Shown here: one piece after another, positions 31,601 through 46,481 of the stretch
Layout: the number at the start of each line of letters is the position of its first letter
Numbering within the stretch: the stretch's first letter is position 1
NCBI RefSeq assembly: GCF_009914755.1
Contig: NC_060945.1
DNA length: 64,000 nucleotides
Reading direction: 5' to 3' (one strand)
Source: the human T2T-CHM13v2.0 reference genome, Homo sapiens
Position numbers and translations under genes: made by a program
Notes under the pieces: model-generated
The model's database searches: none
Told to the model about the DNA's origin: nothing
What the model saw: the letters and a program-made list of their open reading frames with translations, nothing else

Positions 31601-32771
31601 ATCATAGGCAACTTACGAGAACATTCTCTTAATACATAGGTTTATTTTTTTTTAATTAGGAGTTTTGCTTTTCTTCTGTAGAGCAATCCTATATTTCTCT
31701 ATAGAGTCTAAAGTTTAGAAAAATACCTCACAATGCTTTCTTTGAGCACTAAGTTCAATGATGGTGATAATACAATTTGGACAGTTTAAGTATTCTTGAA
31801 ACTTTACCCAAAGTGGCACACAAAATAATCTTACTTTTTTTTTTTCAAAGACAGAACAATTTCACAGCACACTCAATTTGAAGATAGACATTATATTTGA
31901 ATTGGAAGTGAGGCTTGACTTACTCTGTCCAAATTCTAATGCATCACAGTCATTGGTGTGAAGCTAATAATGAAAGAAGCAAGAGGAGGCTTTCATTTCT
32001 ATGGAGACAAATTGACATAGAAGCCAGATTAGTCTTTTCTTCCTGAACTAAGAACTGCTTTTGTTAGAAAACAAAATAATGTATTGTATTTACCTGAATA
32101 CTGCTTTAAAAAGTTATTAATTCTTCTTTTATAAGAGGTATTAGAAATTAAAACAACTCAGATTTCTAATCCAAAATATATTTATCTTTGGAAAGCAAGG
32201 TAACCGTTGTGAAAACATTGTATTAAGAGAATAAAATGCAGTGACCTGAAATATGGGTGAACATATTCACACATGATAATGTAAATAAATATACAGAACC
32301 ACCAATACACATTTATAAAGAGAATGGCAAAGTACCTAAAATAGCATTTTCACATATAAAATTTTTATATTAAAATATTGCTCATAATAAATAAGAGGTG
32401 ATATGAATTCCATTTCCCTCTTAAAAATTATCTCTAGTAGTTTACACTAAGGAGTTAATCTGTTGTTTTGACAGGTGAATTAAAATGTTTAATAAAATGA
32501 CACTGTAACAGTATATTTAAGTAGTCACATGTGATAAAATTTGTTTAGTAATTCTGGGAAAAAAGAGTCCCCAAATGAGCCAAAATGATTAGCCCTAGAA
32601 GACTAGAGTATAATGATCTGCTTTATTTGACAAAGATGTTAAATACTGCCTTATGTTTGGCAAATTTAATGACCATAAAAAAACGGACCACAACTTTCTT
32701 CAAACTTCTTCAAAGTTTGCATGTCTGGGAGACCAATAAAGGGCAGGGCATACGAAGTAAGTCTGTTTAGG

Positions 32772-32938
32772 TCAGTTGTTTATGGGTAGGTGCGACTTCA
32801 TTCCTGTTCGCCCTACTTGCAGACATGGTAACTTAGAACAGTTCTTCAGAAGCTGTTCGATGGCAACGTGGCGGACATGGAGCTGTGAGGCCAAAGAATC
32901 TTTTTCTTGCACTTGGTGAGTTAACTCTTCAAAAACTT
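32772..32938 (-). CDS. C21orf91: EURL terminal coding exon 5, up to the TGA stop
   Basis: Acceptor TCTTTTACAG|AAG|TT (NAGNAG). Encodes [14 protein letters not shown]...HLPINN, TGA at 32774-32772. Total CDS 127+537+63+167=894 nt. Confidence 0.96.
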
Positions 32939-34086
32939 CTGTAAAAGATTTAAAAACTTTCATTTTTAGTATGCAGAAAGCCGGTGCTATGATTTATATT
33001 TCAAGAACTCTAACTGAAATCTATGCATTGGGCAAAGTGTCACAATGAAACTGATTTGATACCAAGGAAACAGTTCTGTTCTCTACAAAGCATATCAGTT
33101 CTGATCATCCTAGGCATCTGTATACTTTACATAGCCAAATGGAATTTGGCTCTTCTCCATCAAGTGACTACAGAGATACACAGCAAAAATGGTGGTTGCT
33201 ACTGTAGCTGAGCTACTTTTCTCAATTAGAATCTATAAACAGATTCAATTAGTACATAATGTGATTTATGGACAAGAAGTGCCTGTTAGTATTCAGGTCT
33301 GGAACCCCCTCTAAGAGGCTTTGGAATCAGACTACTAAGAGTTTTGAATCCTTGTTCCTACTCTTACGTGCCTCAGGCAAGCAACTTTTGGTTTCAATTT
33401 CCTTTTCTGTGTAACATTAATAATGATAGTAAGCACTTCACCAGGCTACTGTAAAAATTAAATGAGATCATATTTGTAAAGTACTCATAAATTTCTACTA
33501 CAACTATTATTGTGATTATTTTTATTATTCTGAGAGGCTGTGTGGTTAAGCTTTGGAGTTTAAATCCTTGATCTGCTACTGATTGGATGCATGATCTCTG
33601 TAAGCAACTTAACATCTCTGAAGTACAATTTTCTCATCTAAAAGGAAATAAATTGAAAAGGAGACAACTGCGGAATCTGAACATTAATTGTTAGTGTTAG
33701 CATTATACTTGATGACGTTAAGGAATTATTAACTTTAAATGGTGTGATAATGAGACTGTGACTGTTTTTTAAAAAGTTATCTCTTTTAGAGGAAATCCTA
33801 AACTATTTATGGACAAAAAACAGTGTGTTAGCTAGGATTTGTTTGAAAATAATCCATGCTACTGGTAGTGCAATGGGAATGGATGCAAGTAGAGATACTG
33901 ATTATTATGCCTTTGCTAACAGTTGAAGCTGGTGAAAATGGCTTAAAGGGTTCACTATACTAGTCTCACTACTTTTATATATGTTTGAAATTGTTTATAA
34001 TTTAACAAAAAAGACTAATATCACATGCCTTAAAGAACTGTTTGGGAGGACTCCCACATAGTGCCTGGTGCAATAGTGGGTAGTCA

Positions 34087-34419
<333 letters not shown>

Positions 34420-34565
34420 TTATTCTTTTTGCTCTGGAAACTCTAACAGGTTTGAATATCTCATTTCCAAATTTAAATGTAGATAAAGCCAGTGGTGTCC
34501 TATCATAGATGATTTTCTACGTCAAAATTTGTCACACACAAAAAAGTACTGACAGTGATTCTTAC

Positions 34566-34628
34566 CCTGGATTTGCTGTAGGAGCTTTGCATTCAGTTGC
34601 TCTACCTCACCAAGAGTCATCGAATTCA
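34566..34628 (-). CDS. C21orf91: EURL coding exon 4 (63 nt, symmetric)
   Basis: Acceptor TTTCATGTTTCAG|TG and donor CAGG|GTAAG. Encodes LNSMTLGEVEQLNAKLLQQIQ in frame between exons 3 and 5. Confidence 0.93.
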
Positions 34629-34829
34629 CTGAAACATGAAAATGTATTCACTATTACCACAACAACCTAGGAAAACATGCTGCTTACATCACCAACACAA
34701 TATCCTATTTTTAAAAATCAGCACTTAACTGCCAACACAACATTCAGCAGTACTCCAGTATTCAACCATTAACGCTCGTAAGTGTGGAGTAGAAGTTTTC
34801 AAACCCTGACCACAACCCATGGTAAGAAA

Positions 34830-35179
<350 letters not shown>

Positions 35180-35939
35180 TAAAAGTTTCACCAAAAAATA
35201 GTAGTAGGTCCAATGAATTCTGGTATCTCCTATTCGGTTTCAGTTTTTAAAAAGTGTTAGTCACTACCCATTAAGCTTATTTTGATTAAGCATTAGATAG
35301 TTTATAACCTGCAGTTTGAAAAATAAATTTGTCTGTCTAGATGTAGAATCTTAAATAATTCACATTTAGAATCAAGAAGTTGTATAACAAGATAGCAGAG
35401 GTCCCTTCTGGCTCTGAAAACATGATTTCAAGACAATTAAAATCACCTCAGCTTCTGTAAATTTTTGTAGAAATAGATGTAGAGAGAATGAGTCACCCTT
35501 TCTAACTTTACAATAAGTGTACACATTACCTTTGGCCTTTAGTAAAATGTCACATTTTTGCTTCTGAAATGCCACCACCAGTCAATTAGTCTTACAGGGA
35601 TCAGCAACATGACAATGTGTATTAGCCAACAGATGAAGCTGTACTTCTAAACTATACGAGTCCTAGATGTTCCAATTCACAGTTTGTTGATTCCATTTAG
35701 TGTAATCATTTTAAATGGCAAAACAAACATGGAAATTGCTTAACTTCAATGCTTAGAAGACAGAATCCCAGTGAATGAAAAATTTTAAGATGTCTCATTT
35801 TTGCTAAGGTGAACCTGTTAAATACAATGTTTCCCAAATCTATGATTCCACAGCAAAATTCTTGACCCATTACACATCTATACAAATGTACAAAAATCCC
35901 AAACCACCCAACTTTTACTTTTCTCCCCATTTTACTTAC

Positions 35940-36476
35940 ATTCCTCTCTGCTGTAATGTGGATGCTGGGTCTGGACATTAGCCTCTGGACTAGAGATTGT
36001 CTCTTCTTTTTTCTGTGCCTGGTTGTGACTATGAGGCCACAATACACTGTTACGACATAAAGTGGCACCTGAATCTTGTAACATAGAAAGTCCAAAGTCT
36101 GTATTTTCCCTCTGCTCCAAAATTCTTTGTGTACAGTTAGAGATGCCACCTGCACTTCCATCTATCCATTTTGCAGAATATTTTGGTACTTGGGAGTCAA
36201 ACTGTGGGAGTAATTTTTCTTCTGGCTTATGCCTGAAATTAAACAGATGATGCTGGGGCTTTTTAGAACATTCAGAATCTGAATCCAGATCCTTATTTTG
36301 TGCATACTGCACAATCCAGTTTATCTTCTTACTCAAAATGGTTTTAACTTCTTCATAAGTACTTTTTGAAAGCTTAGATCGAGGACAACCCTGGTTTGCA
36401 ATTAAATGGTATTTTTCAAAGCAGTCTTTATGGCCCCTTAATGATTTGGTGTGCAAGAGATCAGACTTTGGTACCC
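35940..36476 (-). CDS. C21orf91: EURL coding exon 3 (537 nt)
   Basis: Acceptor TTTTTTTTCCATAG|GG and donor GAAT|GTAAGT. Matches ORF 35932..36456 ([12 protein letters not shown]...HYSREE); phase 1 at both ends. Confidence 0.96.
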
Positions 36477-39400
36477 CTATGGAAAAAAAAGAGAAACAAA
36501 AGACTTGAGAAATTTTGTTTTCTATAAGTCACTTTAAGAACATACAAATCTTAGTAAAATCAGAGTCCCTGATAGTCTGTGAATTAGAGGAAAAATGCTA
36601 AAGAATATTAGTATTAATATACAATGTGGCCTAATAATTTCTGCTTCAATATTCAGTAATATTAAATTCTTATGGATAGCAAAATCTTTCTAAGAACTTA
36701 ATTATTCAATTTTAATCCTAGTCTAGAGATGTTACTGCACGATATAAAAAAATACTACTGAACCCAGCAATTTACCTTTACAGATTCTTGGCCTTTACAT
36801 TATAGTGCTTTCTTCATGAAACCTTCTGAAGTACACACTTGCAAAAATATCTATAATATTATGAGGTTCAATAACAGAAATACTGAACAAGTTTTCCTCC
36901 CTAAAACACAGTAAATCATGTTCTTAAATTATGTTTATTGAAAAAAAAAAAACCAGAACCAGAAAAATGCAAATAAAAGTCAAAAATTCAATAAACTATT
37001 TAGATTTATTTTTAAAGAAAATCAAAGCATCTAACATTTTTCACATTTCCATTTTATAGTTACTAAAACCTTATCAAGATAATTTTATTTTCTAGAAGAA
37101 ATGCATTATACTCAATCATTTTCCATACAGCAGTAAATTCAATCTGCCAAGATCCAACAGCCAGTAATTCCTCAACTCACAAATGTTCATTATATACCAT
37201 AAATAACAGAAATATTACTTTTATATCTCTCAACTTAGTAGAGTATAAGTATGCTACCTCAATTGTTTTTTAAAAATATAAAAATTATAAAAATATAAAA
37301 CATTTTCAAATATCTAATACATTTCAAAATACAGAATATATTCACACATTTTTATAAGTTCAAGCCATGTTATTAAAGTTAAACAGCGCTACTTTTATGC
37401 TGAAGGTGAATTAGGAATGTGGACCTGAAAATTTATGTCTGCCAGAATTAACCAGTTTAAATCTGCTTAGCTTTTCAAATGGAGTAAGCGGAGAGCCACT
37501 CAGGAGCTAGTTTAAAAAAAAGTTTTAGCTGATTCATCAGAAAAAAATACATTTTGTAATTCCTCCTTTCCTTTAAAAATTGAACTCATAGTTATTTTAT
37601 TTGAACTCCAAAGTCTGGCTAAAAGAAAGATAATGAAGCATTTGTACTTTAATGGTATGAAATAAAGTATTAGCATACTTGTGAATATTAATGTTTTTAA
37701 AAATATATATAGTATCAGCCAATGGTGGGACTTGATGAGACTGTCAAAACCAAGTGTTAAATTGGTTATCAGTTCCCTCAACAGTTACTGTAAGCTATGT
37801 GAACACACCTCTAAAACATTAATATTGTAAGCACATGTAAACAACTGCTCTCATGAGGTAAACTCAAATATCTGAGCCTTGTTTTTTCCAATGAGTACAA
37901 AAATTGCTGGAAACTTAAACAGAATTTAATATACATCTTATTTATCACTTTGCTCCTTGTACTGCAATTGTGAGCACGTATACATTTCTACCAGTTATTA
38001 TCTGATTAGGTCAAATTTCCAGCAACATTAGAATATGTGAATTATAAATCTCAAAGCTTTATTTGATAATAGAGTATACATCTTTAAAAATGGGAAACTG
38101 ACATAAAAAGGAAGCTCACGAGCTCTGCTTTATTAAGTTTTATTATTACGCATTTTAGATAATAAGACAAAACAGTAGTTATCACAAGTTATACACCAAA
38201 GGAAAAATGGTTCCATTCTGCTATCTGATTCCAATGCTTAGTTTTCTGGGAAACACTGGTATGCAGAGAGAACCTGAAGCTTGCCTATTACTAACTGAAA
38301 CATTTATTAAAGAGCTCCCCTACCCTCTGCAAACTCTTTTAGGTCTTGTTGCCAACAGATGGTTAGCTAATCCCTCAAAACCGTAAATGGTCTCATTCTC
38401 AGTGCACTGCCTCAGCTCTATGTAGCAATGAAATTCTTTAGCATATAAAAAAGGTTGTGAACTAGGCTATGGAAAGTAATTAATATTTATTGTTAAATTT
38501 TGTGGGTTTTTTAGTATTTATACAGAAACTCCGATAAAAAAGTACATTAAATAACTAATTTTCTGATGTACTCTAGAGCTTCAACAACAGGTCAATATAA
38601 TAGATATCTATTTGAAGAATAATGAGGACTTGTAATGTTTATCTACTGTTTCTTCTTAATGATTCATATAATATAATTTCCACTTAGATGTACCTATTGG
38701 CTCCTCGAACTCACCTTACTGAACACTTAACTCCTTTATCTCTCTCACCACACAACTCCAAAACTGATCCCCTTACTGAATCTGGCATCACCAACTAACT
38801 GCTCAAGGAAGAAACCTGGGTGTCCTCCTTGAAAGCTCTTCACTCCCCGCAATCCCAGAGGTTTTGCTGACCGTCTTAACAGATTTCTCCCCCATAAAAT
38901 CTAGCACCTACAACATCTGAAATCCTTCTGCTTCACTCAAGCACCACTCCCACTACAAATGTGGGTCATGATCATCATCACCTCCTGTCTAGTTCTCATT
39001 TCCCCTAAGAAGCCTTGTCTAACCCAAATGTCTGGGTTAGTTTATCACACTAGATTTTACAATTGCCTCTTTCGCGGCCTGTATCTCCTGACAAAATGTA
39101 GGTTCTGTGAAAAATATGGACCATGTCTATCTTACTCATATATTCTCAGTGTCAAAATGCCGGGCACATAGTGGGTACTCAAAAGTAGTTAAATGCATAA
39201 AAGAAAATTAAAAATATATTTTAAAACACCAAAAACAAATCAATTATCACTCAAGGTCCCTTGCAAGGTCCCTCCTAGCAAGGGAACTAGAATTTGCAGT
39301 TCTGCCAGGCTACTCAGCGGGTAATTAAAGGTGTCTTTCAGTGAAGTTACTCCTATATTTAGTCTAATGGGCTATTAGTCTAAAGAACATATCAGTGGCA

Positions 39401-40256
39401 CTGATACAGAAATGGCATTCCTGTGGCATCATTCAATCTGTCAAAGAAAATAATGAATTTCTACTCAAATATATATTTTTAAATAGAAATTTACATACAG
39501 AAAATATACAAGAAGATGGTTTTATGTTAACTGTAGCTCATTCATCTAGATATATACCTCTAATTTCTTTAGTTACATCAGTCGTACTAAAATTTAAAAA
39601 CCTGACTGAGTTTTAAAGTTCAATTAGAAACATTTGTTTTATAAACATATTTAAAAATATCCTGTGCAGCAGTAGCATAGGAAACAAAAACTTCTATAAA
39701 ACACTGACTACTTCATATACTTGAAAAAAATTACTTTTTAATCTAGAAAATAATGTGAGTAGCTCACTTAATTTGCATCAGTAATACACATATCATTTTA
39801 TAAATTCTTGAAGTGATTTGTTGTTTCTACCTCATCAGTTCAAATTATTATAGCAGAAACAACCATTGCTATTTCAAGAGATCCCAGTGAGTTTCCCAAC
39901 TGACTTATCAATTTTAAATGCATTTACAAGCGTAAACAGCTCTGAGCACTAATTTGTTTCCTAAGCAGCTTTTGAAAGGGAATAAATCTAAATGCAACAC
40001 AATCAGGTGATACTTTTGAGGAGCTGAGTTATAATAATTTCCAAACCAGTCCAACCAAGATTGTACTACAACTTGCTTGCTAATACAAGTTTTGAAGGCC
40101 AACGTAATTGACTTCCTATTATAAAAACATCTTTAAGATACTTCAAAGATATCCATGTCACTTTTTTTTAAATCATAAAGTCATTATTAGAGAACCAAGA
40201 CCTTAATTGGCAACCAAAAGTCTTAATCTTATTTTTTTTTAAAGTATGGGTTTCTT

Positions 40257-41210
<954 letters not shown>

Positions 41211-41529
41211 AGGGTTTCTTCTCACTAGAGGCTATTTAGAAATGTATATAGGCTGTATTTCTGTATGAATAGTAGTATTTTAAAAAGCTGTTCCTATTCA
41301 ATAATTTTATTTTTCTTTTATCTTTTCCCATTTTATCTGAGTTTTTATACTATTATTCTGTACTTTGAAACCCTCCCTCTAACCCATCTGGCATGCTATC
41401 CCCATCTCTATCCTTTAAGTTCCTCTTTAAAATAAATTGCTTTAAGAAAACTTGGTTAAATCCATCCTAAAAGTGCAAAGACTACTCAAATGTTTAGATG
41501 TTTAGCTCTAGTTGCCATCATTACTCTTA

Positions 41530-41845
41530 TTTTTTTGAGACGGAGTCTCGCCTTGTTGCCCGGGCTGAAGTGCAGTGGTACAATCTCAGCTCACTGCAAC
41601 CTCTGCCTCCTGGGTTCAAGCTATCATCATACCCCAGCCCCCCAAGTAGCTGGGACTATAGGCACGCACCACCACACGTGGTTAATTTTTGTGTTTTTAG
41701 TAGAGATGGAGTTTCACCATGTCAGCCAGGCTGGTCTCAAACTCCCCACCTCAGGTGACCCACCTGCCTCAGCCTAGCAAAGTGCTGGGATTACATGTGG
41801 CGTGTAATCCTGGGATCACAGTGGCGTGAGCCACTGTGCCTGGCC
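41530..41845 (-). mobile_element. AluS with a small internal rearrangement
   Basis: Alu dimer with extra sequence at 41788-41825. Confidence 0.88.
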
Positions 41846-42538
41846 CACTGTTACCCTTTTAAAAGAATGATTAGATTGTGTTTAATTCACCAATTGTAGG
41901 AACAATTTTTTTTCGTAACAAAAATAATACTCCAAATGGCACTAAAAAACCCCACGAATATCAAAATGCTTAAAGTTCTACCACATGTCCCATGATCCTC
42001 TGCTTTTACCCCTAGCCTCTTGAGGAAGACTTGATTTATAACTTGGTAGTAATAAGTAAGCTAGGCAATCTTTTCCTGATGATTCACCAGCTGGTCCTGT
42101 CAAATAGCACTGTCTCTCAGCTGTCTATGCTGATGCTGAATGCCTTTATACTTCACACATTCTTGAATCATGTCATCTGACTCCCTCACACTTTTTGTGG
42201 TCAATTAGACTATATGTTGAATTGGATTACATATTCCATTTCCCAACCAAAGGACTGGCTTTACATAACTTGGTGCTCCACAGGGAGAGCAAATATAATA
42301 CAACCATCAGTGGATGTGAAGTTGTAATATGCATTATCACATCAGTAGGAGATTGGAAAGCACTAAGAAAGCAAGCACTCCAACCTTTACCTCAAACTTA
42401 GAGCAGAATTAGGGAACTGGGAGTATGGGTTTGCTAAATGGTGGGCTTATGTGTTCTTTCTTGATGTTTAAATAAGGCAAAAAAATTAAGTGTCCAGTTG
42501 TTAACATGCTGTGAAAAAATTTTAAGCACACTGCCTTA

Positions 42539-42891
<353 letters not shown>

Positions 42892-44392
42892 GTTTTTTAT
42901 GGAGGCTCACATTTGGCACAGCCTAAGTAATTTTCCAAGAGTAAAGGTGTTTTTCTTTTTGTGATGATCTTATCTTGGATGCTAAGAAACGGGGTACAGG
43001 TACTTGAATATGTATGTGTTGTCCATATTAAGAAACAGTAATCTTGTGCTTCAAGCAAGTGTTCACTGTAAAAATGGGAGGGTAGCCAAATTCCATGTTA
43101 TTAGGAAAGACAATGGATGAAAATGTTACTTGTTTCTGAGGCGCAGACAACCATTCCTGATAAAAGGAATAAAGGAAAAGCCCTGTGGGTAGAAGTGGCA
43201 CTCCCACGGACTGAAAGCTGGATCCACACTACAGGTAAGTTTTGTTTAGCCCACAAATATTTTAAAGAGAAAAATTAAAAACAAAATGAGAGGATCTGAC
43301 AGGAACTGGCTGCTGAACTGGGTATGTGCTCTTCAATTCCAAATAGTTCTTATTATTTCCTTAATGAAAGCACTTGTACCTGTGACCCTGCAGGCTCCAA
43401 ATCCATGTCCGGTCACCTGTACTGTACTGAGACTAGGCTGGATTGCTGCAGTGTAAATACTACTTGCCCCAGTGATGATTTTGTGCTCAATTCGACTAGA
43501 CTACCATGCATTTGATGAGCAAGCAGTAGCCAAGCCATAATTCAGGAAGTTATTACCATTATTATCTATTGCCAAGCACTGCCACTGAGTGGGAGGATGC
43601 TCAGTTTGTCTATCCTGTCATGTGACCAAGGCAGAAGATTAGACTAAAAGTGGGAAGGCAAGGATGAATAGTTGGAGTATCTACTTCCCACAAAAGGACA
43701 GGCTTCTGCCTCTTAAAATTTTTATCAGTTGTCCTAGGTGTCTTAGAAAGTACTGTGATAAAGAGTACCTCATTTCCTCACCCTCATGCCTTTAGCTAAA
43801 TCAGGAGCCACTTAAATGACTAAATAGTCTGCCATATTCAAGTACCCAACATACCGTTTAAAAGTAAAAGGTAACTGCTTATCTCTGCCTTGGTAGCAGA
43901 TAGAATATTGGCAACCACATGAAGCCAACATACAGATGGGTTCAGAAACTTGCTTCCGCACATTTTGAGAATTACTGCCCTAAAGAAAGATTTATCAACA
44001 GGTGGCCTTTAGATGGCAGATTTCAGCTTAGAGATGTGCATGCCATTTTAAAGTTCCTGTGTGTGCTAAGGATTAAAACAGTTAATCAAAGCAGCTTAAT
44101 CTAATAAATGAATTGTAAAGGAAAATTTCAATGAGCTAAGAGTTCAGAGAGACAATGATAAACCTCACCCTCAACCTAGGAGGCCAGAGCAGAACTGAGA
44201 TCTTTTACTGATAGATGTATACATTGCAAATGACTTGTCAAAAATAAAACCTCTCTCAGTGAATTCTACTTTTTCATTCTAACAGTTGGAAAGTTGGGGA
44301 AACACACCTACATAACAACTGTTTATTACTAAAAAGGCACAAAACTAATCCAAACTCAATTCTACTCCTTAATGTAGCTACCTGTTTTTTAA

Positions 44393-44585
44393 CAGCAACG
44401 CCCAACAGAACTTTCTGTGATGATGGACAAGTTGTATGTATAACTGAGCTATGCAATAAGGTAGCCAGTAGCCACAAATGGCTATTTAGCATCTGAAATG
44501 TAGCTAGTCTGACTGAAGAACTAAAGTTTTAATTTTAATTTAAATGAATTCAATGTGGCTAGGCTACTGAATTGGACAAGGCAGC
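44393..44585. mobile_element. MER3-like hAT fossil
   Basis: agaactttctgtgatgatgga...gtagccagtagccaca..tggcta...tgtggctaggctact. Confidence 0.7.
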
Positions 44586-44667
44586 TTGTCCATAGGTAAC
44601 TAAGCAAAAGGGTACTTGGAAAGAGAACATGGATAGAAGCTATCACCATTTCTTTTAAAACCGTAAT

Positions 44668-44978
<311 letters not shown>

Positions 44979-45914
44979 TGATATATTAATATGGGATATT
45001 ACACTCACAACAGTACGATATAGAAAGGTAAATTTGTTTTTCTGGTAAAGTAAATCAAATTTGGACTATAAGGTTTAATTAACATTATGTTACAAAAAAT
45101 TTTAAGCCAATAATCCAATGGACCCAAGTAACCCTCTACTTGTTCCATATTCCCCTAAAGGATTTAAGTGAATGTACTGACATTTATTCTAAAAAAATTT
45201 TTCTGCATAAAATTGTCATAAGACATCTAAAAAGCTATTCAAATTAACTGTAATTGAATTACTAGTTTTAAATATCCACTTACATGGGGCATATGGAGAC
45301 ACCAACTTACAGCAAAACAAAAACACAACAAAGTTTCCTAATGATAGACAAGGGTAAAAAGATGTTACTTAAACAAAAGATAGCCTTAAAAATGCCTTCA
45401 TAATAATAACCAGATGAATGAGGGCACACTATTATGACAAAGCAAATTTAAGGTTTGAAAGCAAGAAATGTGATAACTCTGTCTCTCTGCCTTTCATCTC
45501 CTCAACTGCCGCCTGCTCCACTTAAGTTCTGAGAAAGTGATCTATGTTCTTACAAACAAGACATCAGACTTTGAAAATTACCATAACACGAACCTGCTTA
45601 CTGCCTAGATAGCTAGGTGATCGCTGGTGAGAGCAAAAGAGGGTGGCAAATTAGAGGGCACGAAGAATAGTTGGGAGGAGAAATAAGAGACCCTAAATGA
45701 ACTGCTCTTTAAAGAACTATGGCTTAAGGAAAAAAGGGAAAAGTTTTTTTCCTTGACTTTTTCTTTTAAAATGGGAGACATGAACATTTCTGATATGCTA
45801 ATCATTCTTTTGGCCAATCTGCCAGGTTACATAGAAAATAACTGTAGGTTGCCAAGCTGATGAGTTAGTAAAAAAAAATGGAGGAGAGGGTAAATAGATG
45901 AATTAAGAGGGGGA

Positions 45915-46298
<384 letters not shown>

Positions 46299-46481
46299 CT
46301 ATATTCACTCTTAACTGAGAATTGAGATCTCCCAGAATATCTATGACTGATATTTATCCAATACACTTTGTTAATAAATAACCTGGTAATCTAAAACTGA
46401 CTTTTCTGGAGAACTTTCTAATATGTAGGAATTATATTTTATCTATACTGTATTTATTCTACTGTGTAGTAGAAATAAAAT

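Larger units (their letters stand above)
28335..32771 (-). other. C21orf91: Long AU-rich 3'UTR of C21orf91 (~4.4 kb)
   Basis: AT-rich stretch with no recognised interspersed repeat, running from the stop codon to AATAAA at 28362-28357. Confidence 0.8.

Noticed and set aside
35932-35939. Read-through of exon 3 into intron 3 (EECK-stop, 223 aa)
   Set aside because: The strong GTAAGT donor explains the ORF end, and there is no evidence for intron retention or intronic polyadenylation here.
35706-36161. 151-aa alternative-frame ORF overlapping exon 3 and intron 3
   Set aside because: There is no route to initiation or splicing into this frame, and no recognisable product.
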